This document shows, piece by piece, positions 51,994 to 61,400 of a stretch of DNA of 64,000 nt (the stretch's first letter is position 1; the number at the start of each line of letters is the position of its first letter). The notes beneath the pieces are model-generated. The model was not told the origin of the DNA. It saw nothing but the letters and a program-made list of their open reading frames with translations, and did not search any database. Source of the DNA: a virus. Lineage: Duplodnaviria > Heunggongvirae > Uroviricota > Caudoviricetes. The translations under genes were made by a program, and so were the position numbers. The DNA is taken from IMG/VR virus record IMGVR_UViG_3300038829_000114; one strand, given 5' to 3'.

Positions 51994-54900
51994 TTAGTAA
52001 ACAACGGTCTCTTTACCGAAAAGAAGTTCGTATATATCTTCTGGAATCTGGCGTTTGTATTTACGGGCAATTTTCATAGCCAACACACCCTGTTTAGGAG
52101 TAAGTTGTTGGAGCAAGCCAAGTTTTTTACCAATGTCTGCATCTAATTTATTAAAACCCATTCCATCTAACTCCCTAGCTCCGTCGCAGTATCCAGCAAG
52201 CAGTCGAATAGCAATATGAGCAGCTTTCAATTGGGCATCAGTAATCTTAACAGCCTCTTCTTCAAGCTCTTTGCGATCTAACTTGATTGGTTCTGGAACA
52301 GGAATGATAGGCTGTGATCGGGTAGTCTCTAAGTCTTCATCAAGAGCTTTGTCAATAATCTCTTGTTTTTCAATAATAGTCTTAGCCATGGTTGCGTCAA
52401 TAGAGCCTTCCAAAACCAAGTGTTGAACTAATACTGGGGTCATTTTTGTAACGTGACGAACGCGATCCTCTGCTTGAGAAACGTTGCCTGGAACCCAATC
52501 TTCTTCAATCATTAGAATATGGCTTGATACCGCCAAATTAATACCTACCCCGGCAGCACCAATTGTTCCAATAAACAGGTTGCAAGTAGGATCGTTTTGA
52601 AACCGCTCAATCTCTTCCTGACGCTTGGTTACAGGAGTATCTCCAGTAATTACAGCAGCATTAGGAAACTCAGCCCGAATAATAGAGACTACCTCTTTGT
52701 GGTGAGCAAACACAACAAGTTTATAATTAGGGTCGTTGTCATCAAAAATATCTGAGATATAGTCAACAACCAGCGGAGCCTTGGCGATAGCTGTCTCTCT
52801 ACGAACTGCCGAGATTTCTTCAAAAGACAGCTTAACACCATCTTGTAAAGATTTTACAGCATTTGCATATTCAGTTGGATCATCTGACACCTTGGCTAAT
52901 TCAACAGCAGCTTTAAGAGAGTCTAAACGTTCTGTATATTGAGACTCTTTTTTAAGAGCTTTTAGGCATGTTTTATCAGCAGGTATTTCGATAACCTGAC
53001 GCTGCTTGAGAGGCATTTCTGGGAACACTTCTTCAAATGTACGCCGGATCATAATAGAGGCGCGGAGTTTTGTTTGAAGCTCATCTAGGTTTGAAGCACC
53101 GTCATAATGATGGCCATATTGATCTGTATAGCCATTGCAGTAGCGTTTACTGAAATAGTAGAAAGATTTCCAGGTATTTGAATCAAGCGAATTGACCAAC
53201 GTCCACAATTCTTTCGGACGGTTTACAATAGGCGTACCTGTCATGTAAATCTTTTTCTTGGCTGGAATAGGTTTGATTTCCCATTCATATGTTTTTGGGG
53301 CCAACTTACCCAAAATATTCTGGGTTCTTTTTGTTTTATAATTTTTACAGTTAGAAACCAACACCCCGTTGGCAAAATAATTATTATTATCCGCTATCTC
53401 TATGTTGTAAACAAATTTATTTTCTCCACCACTAATTCTAAATTTTCCAATACTTCCTTGTTCTTGAATCGAACAACTCTCCACCCTAGAAAATTTAGTA
53501 TAGACTCTTTCCGTTTGTCCAGAAATCTCCACTTTTTTGTGTCGTGGCTTCTTCCATCTATCTCTACTGCTAACATTTTCTCTGGAATTCCTATATCTAC
53601 TTTGTAGCAGTGAGGAAGACTTGGAAATTTTCCTTTTGCTGGAGACGTTTGAATTATATACTCTGTGTTTTCCATTAAATTTAGCTTTTCCGCTAAAAGT
53701 TTTTGAGGAACCGTAAGCTGGCCGTTCCCACCGCGACTTAAAAAGGTTCTCCCTACCATTTTCTTCCGCATTTTTTCTACTGATTCTGGGTTCGACATTG
53801 GGTTGTTTTTTTTCATTCTTTCCGATGATTTTGGGTTTGGCTTTCCTGTAATAGCTGCCACCGCTTTTTTTATAGCTTTTCTCGAATGATCTCGTCGTCC
53901 TGGCAACGTCATCATCCACACACCACGACAATGGTTTGAACAAAATCTTCTTTTGTAAATCCCCTTTGAATAGTGAGGTTTTACTAAAAACTGCTTTTTG
54001 CAGGTTTCGCACTCCAAGCTTATTTTTGGCTTCAAAGTTGCCAACCGTATTTTTTCTCTCACTTCTGGTTGAGAATTCGTCCACTTCGCGGAACATTTTA
54101 GAGAACAAAATCTTCGAGTGTTTTTCCCTAGCTTTTCTGCGGTAAAAATCTTTTGGCAAAAACCACAGGTTTTCTCTATTTTTGATCTTCCGCGCTTCGA
54201 CATAATCTTGCCTTGTTAGTGAATAAATTTTATGGTTAGATGTACAACCAAATTCCCCATACTTATGTTTTACAGACACTAAATCTTCGTACAAAGGATT
54301 AGAAAATCTGGTTAGTATATCTTTATATTCAAGACAATTTTTATTATGATTAAAGGATAACACTTTTAAGCTGAGATTTTTTGTTACAATATCCCCTATT
54401 TTTTTTGTACCCTTATCAGTATAGACTTCAGTATCATATGGAAAACAATAATGGGCTTCGTCTAGGATTAACAAATCCCAATCTATGCCATCAATTATAG
54501 TCTTATGTCTGGACACTAAATCATAATTTATAATGACAATATCAGTATCTGGGAAGGTGTCCCCCGTGACTACACCTATATTTCGTTTTGTAACTAACCA
54601 TTTGTTGGCTTCGTTTCTCCAATTGAGCTTCACAGTTGCTGGGCAAATTATAAGAATTTTACGAATGGTTTGTACGTTGTTGATAATACCAAGAGCTTGA
54701 ATAGTCTTCCCAAGTCGCATAGCATCAGCTAAGAGAATGTTTGGCTTGGCGATACCAAAAGCAATGCCAGCTTTTTGATAGGGATAGTATTCTAAACCTT
54801 TGGGTCTGATAAAATCTACAGCCGATTCGACGGCTTGGGACATCTCGATAGTTTTATAGAACTCTTCTAAACGCTTTTTTACATCATCAGAAGCATAATT

Positions 54901-55050
54901 AACGAGTTTGTAAGCTCTATCAGCATCGTAGGTGTACCAGTATTTTTGCGCCCCGTCCCACCAGAAATCGGCGGATTTGGGGATATGTTTCTCAGAATAC
55001 TGGGAAACAACATAATAGCGGCGTTTGATATCGTCGTACTTTAATTCCAT
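51994..55050 (-). CDS. SNF2-family DEAH-box helicase interrupted by an in-frame intein (1018-aa precursor; about 652 aa after splicing)
   Basis: GKT Walker A, LILDEAH motif II immediately followed by a Cys; C-terminal helicase motifs (TGTPIVN, FAHH, QAEDRVRHV). Confidence 0.8.
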   Translation of the reverse strand: MELKYDDIKRRYYVVSQYSEKHIPKSADFWWDGAQKYWYTYDADRAYKLVNYASDDVKKRLEEFYKTIEMSQAVESAVDFIRPKGLEYYPYQKAGIAFGIAKPNILLADAMRLGKTIQALGIINNVQTIRKILIICPATVKLNWRNEANKWLVTKRNIGVVTGDTFPDTDIVIINYDLVSRHKTIIDGIDWDLLILDEAHYCFPYDTEVYTDKGTKKIGDIVTKNLSLKVLSFNHNKNCLEYKDILTRFSNPLYEDLVSVKHKYGEFGCTSNHKIYSLTRQDYVEARKIKNRENLWFLPKDFYRRKAREKHSKILFSKMFREVDEFSTRSERKNTVGNFEAKNKLGVRNLQKAVFSKTSLFKGDLQKKILFKPLSWCVDDDVARTTRSFEKSYKKSGGSYYRKAKPKIIGKNEKKQPNVEPRISRKNAEENGRENLFKSRWERPAYGSSKTFSGKAKFNGKHRVYNSNVSSKRKISKSSSLLQSRYRNSRENVSSRDRWKKPRHKKVEISGQTERVYTKFSRVESCSIQEQGSIGKFRISGGENKFVYNIEIADNNNYFANGVLVSNCKNYKTKRTQNILGKLAPKTYEWEIKPIPAKKKIYMTGTPIVNRPKELWTLVNSLDSNTWKSFYYFSKRYCNGYTDQYGHHYDGASNLDELQTKLRASIMIRRTFEEVFPEMPLKQRQVIEIPADKTCLKALKKESQYTERLDSLKAAVELAKVSDDPTEYANAVKSLQDGVKLSFEEISAVRRETAIAKAPLVVDYISDIFDDNDPNYKLVVFAHHKEVVSIIRAEFPNAAVITGDTPVTKRQEEIERFQNDPTCNLFIGTIGAAGVGINLAVSSHILMIEEDWVPGNVSQAEDRVRHVTKMTPVLVQHLVLEGSIDATMAKTIIEKQEIIDKALDEDLETTRSQPIIPVPEPIKLDRKELEEEAVKITDAQLKAAHIAIRLLAGYCDGARELDGMGFNKLDADIGKKLGLLQQLTPKQGVLAMKIARKYKRQIPEDIYELLFGKETVVY
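53350..54447 (-). mobile_element. intein (366 aa) inserted in helicase motif II
   Basis: N-terminal block CFPYDTEV…TSNH (TxxH); C-terminal blocks VYNIEIADNNNYFANGVLVSN followed by the extein Cys. The central 380 codons are open but low-complexity K/R-rich. Confidence 0.65.
53400..54203 (-). mobile_element. homing-endonuclease gene nested inside the intein but in a different reading frame: 2x Zn-ribbon, NUMOD3-like repeats, C-terminal DUF559/Vsr-like PD-(D/E)xK nuclease
   Basis: Own SD (AAGG) 8 nt before the ATG. Motifs RRFCSLKCSAKW / RRFCSNHCRGVW and AVEIDGRSHD…GWRVVRF. Frame offset from the intein confirmed by codon phase (55050 vs 54203). Confidence 0.6.
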
Positions 55051-55088
55051 AAATATTATAATACCACAGTGATGGTATTACCGCAAAT

Positions 55089-55289
55089 TTAATTGTATTC
55101 TGGAACCTCTGTAATAGTAAAGTTGCAACCAGGCTTTATACAGAACCACTGTTTATCAGCTTTATTATATTTCCAGTCTTTTAAGCCAAGGCCATTATGA
55201 TGTTTGGACGCATTCTCCAAAGAGCTAAAAATTCCGATAGGAGTAGAGGGATCGTCTATATTTTCCAAGCACAGCAACCATTTAGACAT
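55089..55289 (-). CDS. hypothetical small protein
   Basis: ORF. Confidence 0.4.
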   Translation of the reverse strand: MSKWLLCLENIDDPSTPIGIFSSLENASKHHNGLGLKDWKYNKADKQWFCIKPGCNFTITEVPEYN

Positions 55290-55451
55290 TCTAATAACCT
55301 CTCTAAAAATAAAGTGTACAACCAGGGATTTTAACTCCCTGGCTTAATACAGGATTCCTTGTATTGCTACAGGGTTGACCACACCTAGCCTGTATAAACG
55401 TCAACTCTCACTGTAGTATCCTACAGCTTGTACACTGACGCCATTATATCG

Positions 55452-55862
55452 TTAAATAGAGATTATGTCAACCGGCCACTTACGGTCAATAATTTTAATT
55501 GTCTCAGATTCTATACCAAACTCTTTACGAAGAAAACCCATGGCCTCTTTTTCACTAAAATCTTTACAAGAAAAAACATCCATAGAGAATCTGTTTCTTA
55601 AGGGCCAGGTGTGTATGGATATATGAGAGGTCGTTACCATACAGAAGCCTGAAATACCACCGTCATCGGCATCGGTATTTAGCTTGGTAGTGTCTGTTGG
55701 GACGTATAGAAATTGAGGGTAGAGGAGTATTTCCATCTTTAAAATTCCGACTAGTTTAATTAAGATGTCAGACATCTTCGATATGTCGGAAAGTATCTGA
55801 TTGTCTTTTACAAAAGCATCTAATACAATGTGTTTACCGGCAGACAAACCATGTTCGTGCAT
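55452..55862 (-). CDS. S-adenosylmethionine decarboxylase proenzyme (small pyruvoyl-dependent type)
   Basis: TSHISIHTWP with the Ser processing site, GKHIVLD, DVFSC. Confidence 0.65.
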   Translation of the reverse strand: MHEHGLSAGKHIVLDAFVKDNQILSDISKMSDILIKLVGILKMEILLYPQFLYVPTDTTKLNTDADDGGISGFCMVTTSHISIHTWPLRNRFSMDVFSCKDFSEKEAMGFLRKEFGIESETIKIIDRKWPVDIISI

Positions 55863-55938
55863 CTCTAAAGTACCTCCAGGTAGTACATGAGTATTTGTAG
55901 AGACTAATTATAGCACAATAATCTAAAAATAATTTTGG

Positions 55939-55967
55939 TTGACTTTGTTCTATACTACTGGTATACT
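55939..55967 (+). promoter_or_regulatory. sigma70-like promoter TTGACT-17-TATACT in a divergent intergenic region
   Basis: Sequence match; precedes 55985. Confidence 0.5.
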
Positions 55968-55984
55968 CTAAAAGAGGTATTGCT

Positions 55985-56584
55985 ATGCGTGATGACTATG
56001 TAATGACTTTGTTATGTGCTTATTCCAAACGATACGATCAGATAAGTAAATTCCACCACGACTTTAGGCAATACATACTCAAAGCGCCGGGGTCTCAGCA
56101 TAAGCATCAAGCCTGGGAAGGTGGGTATATAGATCACTTAACGGAGTGTTTTCGTATTGCCAGAGCAACATATACTGCATTAAAACAAATCCGTCCATTA
56201 CCGTTTGATATAAGCAGTGTTTTTGATGTGCTGTATTTTCATGACGTTAGTAAACTTTTTCTATATACAGATGCAAAAACTCCTTTAGGCGTCAATGTAG
56301 CTATCTCTGTTACTAATCCAGTGGAAAAATTGGTTGCAGAATCTTACTCAATAGTATTTACCCAAGAAGAAATTAATGCTATTTGCTATATTCACGGCGA
56401 ACCAGATTATCTCTATGACAAAGAAACCCGCATTCTAAATGAGCTTGGAGCCTTCTGCCACTCATGTGATGTACTGTCTGCCAGAATGTGGTATAATCAT
56501 CCTACTAAAGAAGAATTACAACCATCAACTGAGAACATAAAGGTGGAACTAACATCCGACAAAGAACCTATTGCCGGATGTTAA
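55985..56584 (+). CDS. possible HD-domain phosphohydrolase
   Basis: H…(YFHD) HD dyad; weak. Confidence 0.4.
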   Translation: MRDDYVMTLLCAYSKRYDQISKFHHDFRQYILKAPGSQHKHQAWEGGYIDHLTECFRIARATYTALKQIRPLPFDISSVFDVLYFHDVSKLFLYTDAKTPLGVNVAISVTNPVEKLVAESYSIVFTQEEINAICYIHGEPDYLYDKETRILNELGAFCHSCDVLSARMWYNHPTKEELQPSTENIKVELTSDKEPIAGC

Positions 56585-56599
56585 GTCGGTGTCTTAGTT

Positions 56600-56872
56600 G
56601 TGGAAAAAGAAATTTCTGCTATACTGTTTAAGATTGACCCAGTAGGTATAAATTATGAGCACAATACAGACGAGTATGATTACGAAGCTAAACTTATTAA
56701 TGATAGACTAAAATTTGGTGGTTTTGAGGGCGTAAACGATTTTAGTTTATTTATCTGCGGCGTGTTTTATAGAAGTTTTAATGGGCATTTAGAATTTAAA
56801 CCAGAGCATTGTTTGACAGCAGCATATGAAATTTGGAACCTAATACACAAGGAGTGTTACCATGGTGTTTAA
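56600..56872 (+). CDS. hypothetical protein (GTG start)
   Basis: ORF. Confidence 0.4.
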   Translation: MEKEISAILFKIDPVGINYEHNTDEYDYEAKLINDRLKFGGFEGVNDFSLFICGVFYRSFNGHLEFKPEHCLTAAYEIWNLIHKECYHGV

Positions 56873-57308
56873 CTTTACAGCGTTTAAGAGAAGTATGGAC
56901 GAGGCAGCACGGGCTATTGATGCAGCTTTTTCCGAAACAACCCGCGACCTTAAATCTGACTTAACAGACATAGCTAAGTCTATAACAAAAGAAACAGGTC
57001 ACAAAGCAAAAATACTTGTCTATAAATCCCATTATTTTAATGGCGACCGTGACAACTCTTTTATACACGGCAAAGAGATTTTAAGAGAGACAGAATTAAT
57101 TGGGGAGATATCTTTTGACGACCCAGATGACGCTCATTACGATAACTTCCTGTACGTTCTTATTACTGCTCGTGGAATAGCCTACAATCACCACATAGGG
57201 GTTTCTAGTGTGTACGACCAAAAAATAAAGAGTCTTTCAGAAATAAAAGACCTATACCTAAAAGGTTTTCAACAGGTACGGAAAAATGCTAGCAAAAAGA
57301 ATTCCTAA
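56862..57308 (+). CDS. hypothetical protein
   Basis: ORF. Confidence 0.5.
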   Translation: MVFNFTAFKRSMDEAARAIDAAFSETTRDLKSDLTDIAKSITKETGHKAKILVYKSHYFNGDRDNSFIHGKEILRETELIGEISFDDPDDAHYDNFLYVLITARGIAYNHHIGVSSVYDQKIKSLSEIKDLYLKGFQQVRKNASKKNS

Positions 57309-57804
57309 AAAAATATCAGAGAGCCACGTAAACAAATTTTGGGATCGCGTAACTAAGACAGCGACTTGCTGGCTTTGGACCGGGGAGTTAACTGGTGATG
57401 GTTACGGGCGTTTTCATATGGATAATAATAACCGTTACCGGGCGCACCGAGTATCTTATGTATTAGCTGGTAAAGAGTTAAGTCCAAAAGATTTACTACG
57501 TCACAAATGCGACAATCCTGCATGTGTCAGACCAAGCCACCTTAAGCCTGTGGATAAGGCCCAAAATGCTTGGGACGCTATTAGAAAAGGCCGTGATACA
57601 ACTACAATAACTTTACATAAACAGACATCAAAATATCGCGGTGTTTGGCTTAATAAAAATAGTAACAAATGGATGTCTAGAATCACATCCAGAGGAGTAT
57701 CTAAATATCTGGGAACATTTAAAAATGAAAAAGATGCCGCCAATGCTTATAACAAAGCCGCTAGAAAAATACATGGAAGAAAAGCTGTTTTAAATGTCGT
57801 GTGA
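57286..57804 (+). CDS. HNH-AP2 homing endonuclease
   Basis: CWLWTG…HRVSY…HKCDNPACVRPSHL plus AP2-like YRGV…W…I…G…LGTF…EKDAANAYNKAA. Confidence 0.7.
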   Translation: MLAKRIPKKISESHVNKFWDRVTKTATCWLWTGELTGDGYGRFHMDNNNRYRAHRVSYVLAGKELSPKDLLRHKCDNPACVRPSHLKPVDKAQNAWDAIRKGRDTTTITLHKQTSKYRGVWLNKNSNKWMSRITSRGVSKYLGTFKNEKDAANAYNKAARKIHGRKAVLNVV

Positions 57805-57967
57805 AACTAAAGAAAAAATTGAGACTGTGACAAAACTTGTTTGTCCATATTGTGCCAAGCCATTAAGTGTATGGACGGCCTTTGGCGAGTACCATTTCAA
57901 ATGTGACGTATGTAATTACACGCAAACAGAATTAGACCAAAAAATCAAAACCGTTACTGACAAATGA
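57794..57967 (+). CDS. 57-aa zinc-ribbon protein; not in the track
   Basis: Manual ORF: CPYC…CDVC. Confidence 0.35.
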   Translation: MSCETKEKIETVTKLVCPYCAKPLSVWTAFGEYHFKCDVCNYTQTELDQKIKTVTDK

Positions 57968-58045
57968 CCATTTTAGGAATTATGATTTGTGTAGTTGTTG
58001 GCATTGCAGCCTTAGACGTATTCTACTTTAAAAAAAGAGGTTAGT

Positions 58046-58504
58046 ATGCCAACAGTGTATCTTGCAGGACCAATAAAAGGGCTGTCATATAGTGATGTTG
58101 TGGGTTGGCGTGATATTATTACAACCTCTCTCGCCCATTTTAAAATAAATACAACCAGCCCAATGAGAAATAAAGAATATCTCCAAGGTACGGGTGTTCT
58201 TGACGCCGCCTATGAGCAGCATATTCTTAGCACACAAAAATCTATTATGACGAGAGATTTTTTTGATTGTACGCATGCTGATATGGTCGTAGTTAATTTG
58301 CTCGGCTACTCTGGGGTGTCTATAGGAACTATTATGGAGATAGCCTGGGCATATGAAAAAAGAATTCCGGTGGTCTGTATTATAGAAGACGGCGGAAATC
58401 TACATGATCACCCGATGGTACGAGAAGCTATTAGTTATAGAGTTCGTAATATTGAAGATGCTATAATGATTGTTAAGTCTGTGCTAGTTCCTTATGCTAA
58501 GTAA
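58046..58504 (+). CDS. nucleoside 2-deoxyribosyltransferase / Rcl-like protein
   Basis: N-terminal VYLAGPI… and GTIMEIAWAYEKRIPVV. Confidence 0.5.
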   Translation: MPTVYLAGPIKGLSYSDVVGWRDIITTSLAHFKINTTSPMRNKEYLQGTGVLDAAYEQHILSTQKSIMTRDFFDCTHADMVVVNLLGYSGVSIGTIMEIAWAYEKRIPVVCIIEDGGNLHDHPMVREAISYRVRNIEDAIMIVKSVLVPYAK

Positions 58505-58567
58505 TATAATAACATGGGCTGTGATAGGGATTCCCGCTATACTTATCAAAAGTATGAGGAGATTTAA

Positions 58568-59077
58568 ATGAGTAAACCTTGGGTACACGCGAAGTCCTCT
58601 GCCAGAAAACATGGTGGAAAGCCGGATGATTATATAGACATCCACAACATGATGGATTCAAGTAAGGGCCTGATTGCTGATGTTAGGCATAGAGCGCTTT
58701 TCCACCACGCTTACGGACCTTTCATAATGGAAAAAATTTTTGGAGTTATGAAAACAAACTCTGAAGGTAAAGAATATAGCGTCAGAGATGTTGCCGAAGA
58801 ACATATCCTTGAGGATTTGGGGACAATACCAACTTTTCAGGATTATTTAAAAACAATGGAGATCGAGACATGGATGGGTGGGGTGTCTAAGAAAATAAAA
58901 TACCTATCAGCAGATAATTTAGAGCCTGTTGATGAGTTGCCAAGGATACCTGCATGCCCTTTACCGAGTATATCCGATCCACCAATATTTGACGATGCTT
59001 CGAAAAGCGACATCTTTCTAGATGGAGCCTCAAATTTAAGAGATAAACTTACAAACAAAACCAGATACTTCGACTAG
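58568..59077 (+). CDS. hypothetical protein
   Basis: RBS GAGGAG. Confidence 0.5.
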   Translation: MSKPWVHAKSSARKHGGKPDDYIDIHNMMDSSKGLIADVRHRALFHHAYGPFIMEKIFGVMKTNSEGKEYSVRDVAEEHILEDLGTIPTFQDYLKTMEIETWMGGVSKKIKYLSADNLEPVDELPRIPACPLPSISDPPIFDDASKSDIFLDGASNLRDKLTNKTRYFD

Positions 59078-59087
59078 GAGGAACACT

Positions 59088-59561
59088 ATGTCAACATTTA
59101 AGAAAATAACAGATCAGCAAAAAGCCTTGCAAGAGACAATATCTAAAGATGGCAAACAGGCCCTTGCCGAGGAGTTTAAAAAGTTTTTTAACCTGTTCCC
59201 TCAAGTTAAAACGATAAAGTGGGACCAGTTTACGCCCCATTTTAATGATGGCGACTCATGCGTGTTTGGTGTTAATGATTTCTGGATTTTCACTGGTACA
59301 GAAGACGAGGATGGCTATGAAGGAAGCGGTAGCTTAAGCTGGTATAACGTAGATGATATATTAAAAAATAACTACAAATCCCAGAGTGAGGTTTTAGTAG
59401 ATACCTTAAAAAGCTTGTCTAAATCAGATAAAAAGTGGTACGTTGATTTTGTAAAAGGTATACATGAAAACAATGACCTATTCGAGGCTGTCTTTGGCGA
59501 CCATGCTACAGTAATTGCCTCAATAAATGGGTTTACTGTTGAAGAATGTAGCCACGATTAG
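59088..59561 (+). CDS. hypothetical protein
   Basis: RBS AGGAGGAA. Confidence 0.5.
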   Translation: MSTFKKITDQQKALQETISKDGKQALAEEFKKFFNLFPQVKTIKWDQFTPHFNDGDSCVFGVNDFWIFTGTEDEDGYEGSGSLSWYNVDDILKNNYKSQSEVLVDTLKSLSKSDKKWYVDFVKGIHENNDLFEAVFGDHATVIASINGFTVEECSHD

Positions 59562-59563
59562 TC

Positions 59564-59989
59564 ATGGATAGAAGACACTTTCTAAAATTATTGGCTGGGG
59601 TTGGTATCGCTGCTGCTTTGCCTCCAATAGAGACTCCGGCACAACAAAAACCTTGTGTTGACGTATCTCCAGGAACATACATAAAAGATGGGTCTGTTTA
59701 CTTTTTCGGAGGCGGTACATTTGTTTTTGACAATATCTATATTGACAAAGCTACTTTAATTTGCCATGAAGATACGGTATTAGTTTTGAAAAACAGTGTT
59801 ACTATTTCTGGGTGTGAGATATCTCTTGGTAAAGCTGCTTTAACGTTGCAGGGTCATAACAACACAATCATTAATACAGTATTTAATGATGGTAACTTTC
59901 GTATATCGCCAAATTTAAAAACACCTAGAAGATCCGCGTCATTGCCATACTATAGGCAATACGAACAGCAAGAAAAATATTATGGGTAG
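59564..59989 (+). CDS. Tat-signal-peptide protein (predicted exported, beta-rich)
   Basis: MDRRHFLKLLAGVGIAAALPP matches the twin-arginine consensus (RRxFLK) followed by an h-region and AxA-like site. Confidence 0.55.
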   Translation: MDRRHFLKLLAGVGIAAALPPIETPAQQKPCVDVSPGTYIKDGSVYFFGGGTFVFDNIYIDKATLICHEDTVLVLKNSVTISGCEISLGKAALTLQGHNNTIINTVFNDGNFRISPNLKTPRRSASLPYYRQYEQQEKYYG

Positions 59990-60428
59990 ACCAGTGTTTG
60001 CATCAAAAAAAAGTTGTGATAGTACATCCCAAACCGTATCATTCAAAGCAGTAGACAAGAATGGAAAATCAGTTAAGATAGGAGACTACGTTATCTCTCA
60101 TAGAGAACACGTAACATCCGATGGTTATCTACGTAGAGGCTATCCTAAGAAAATTAGGATTATTTGCCTAGTGGTTTATAACCATGTAACATTTGGATTT
60201 GAGTTCAGACAAGTATGCGTACATCCTGACGACCAAAAATATGTGGAGTTATACCAATATAGGGCAATGTATAACGTTGATCTAAGTGTTGACTGGGATA
60301 ATGAACTACAGAATTATAGAGACGACTTCAGGGTAAGTGAGATAGAGTTGATTGAAGATAGTTTCTTAATAGAGTATGCAGCAAACAACGAATTTGATTT
60401 CAGGGGTAGATTAAAAGATACTCAATGA
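59982..60428 (+). CDS. hypothetical protein
   Basis: ORF. Confidence 0.5.
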   Translation: MGRPVFASKKSCDSTSQTVSFKAVDKNGKSVKIGDYVISHREHVTSDGYLRRGYPKKIRIICLVVYNHVTFGFEFRQVCVHPDDQKYVELYQYRAMYNVDLSVDWDNELQNYRDDFRVSEIELIEDSFLIEYAANNEFDFRGRLKDTQ

Positions 60429-60751
60429 CCTACGCTATTATACTAAGTCTGATGGCGGGTTTGTTAGTAACCTTTGCACAAGCTTATATTAGTTACGACA
60501 AAGGTATCCAAACCAGTTCTTACTATTATCCAGTGGGGTTGTCTTTGAACGTAATCGGAGGAATATTTTGGTATTTTATAGCCAAAAATACTCCAGAAAA
60601 AACAACCCTGTTCGCCAGCCTGATTTGGGATATTTTTTTAGTAATGTCTTTCATGCTCGTCCCAATACTCTTATTCGGAGTAACGATAACAAAATATCAG
60701 ATGATAGGGATCGGGCTGATTGTGATAGGAATACTTTTTCTTAAGTTTTAG
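60425..60751 (+). CDS. small membrane protein (4 TM)
   Basis: Hydrophobic. Confidence 0.5.
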   Translation: MTYAIILSLMAGLLVTFAQAYISYDKGIQTSSYYYPVGLSLNVIGGIFWYFIAKNTPEKTTLFASLIWDIFLVMSFMLVPILLFGVTITKYQMIGIGLIVIGILFLKF

Positions 60752-61200
60752 ATATCAAAATTGACTTTGTTGCTCTGCCTGATACTAACATATCCTGCAT
60801 CAAACGCACCTACAACTACGTGATCAACGAAATATACTCCAATAACCTTTGAAGCATTGATCATATATTCTGTTAAACGTTCGTCAGATTCAGATACCTC
60901 TAACGATCCAGAGGGGTGATTATGTACCAAAATGACTTTATAGGCACTGCACACTAAAGCGGCAGAAAAAACGTCTCTAGCTGCTGAACGGCATTCATCA
61001 ATAGTTCCTTTAGAGACCATGTGGATACCGATCAATTCATTATCGACTGTTAAATAGAGGGCGTAAGTAACCTCGTGAGGGAGGTCTCTGAGAATAGGGT
61101 TTATAACCGTATATACGTCTATAGGCTGGTTTATTTTGGTCGGGCCATCCGAAGTACCCGGAACGACCTCTTTCACCATTTTTAGCTTAATTTCGTACAT
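60748..61200 (-). CDS. RadC-like JAB/MPN-domain protein
   Basis: HNHPSGSLEVSESDERLT (JAMM-like H-x-H-P-S…D). Own promoter TTGACA-17-TATACT on the - strand. Confidence 0.65.
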   Translation of the reverse strand: MYEIKLKMVKEVVPGTSDGPTKINQPIDVYTVINPILRDLPHEVTYALYLTVDNELIGIHMVSKGTIDECRSAARDVFSAALVCSAYKVILVHNHPSGSLEVSESDERLTEYMINASKVIGVYFVDHVVVGAFDAGYVSIRQSNKVNFDI

Positions 61201-61223
61201 TATGCGTGTCTCCTATGTTTAAT

Positions 61224-61252
61224 AGTATAACCTAACGCATAATGTTTGTCAA
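61224..61252 (-). promoter_or_regulatory. sigma70-like promoter (- strand) TTGACA-17-TATACT for the RadC-like gene
   Basis: Reverse complement of 61224-61252. Confidence 0.5.
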
Positions 61253-61267
61253 ATAGCGGGTATTATG

Positions 61268-61312
61268 TGAAAAACCCCTTATTGCCGAAAGGAGATAAAG
61301 GCAACAAGGGGT
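61268..61312 (-). terminator. rho-independent terminator on the - strand (CCCCTTGTTGCC…GGCAATAAGGGG + TTTTT)
   Basis: Inverted repeat 61275-86/61300-11 and an A-run on + (a T-run on -). Confidence 0.55.
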
Positions 61313-61400
61313 CGGAGGTTTTGTATCAAGAATCTATCTTGTACAAAGCTGTAGCTCAACGTCCACAGCGACTACATAATAGCAAAAAAGACACATTTTG

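Noticed and set aside
53936-54145. 69-aa + strand ORF inside the helicase/intein region
   Set aside because: Antisense to two overlapping supported − strand ORFs.
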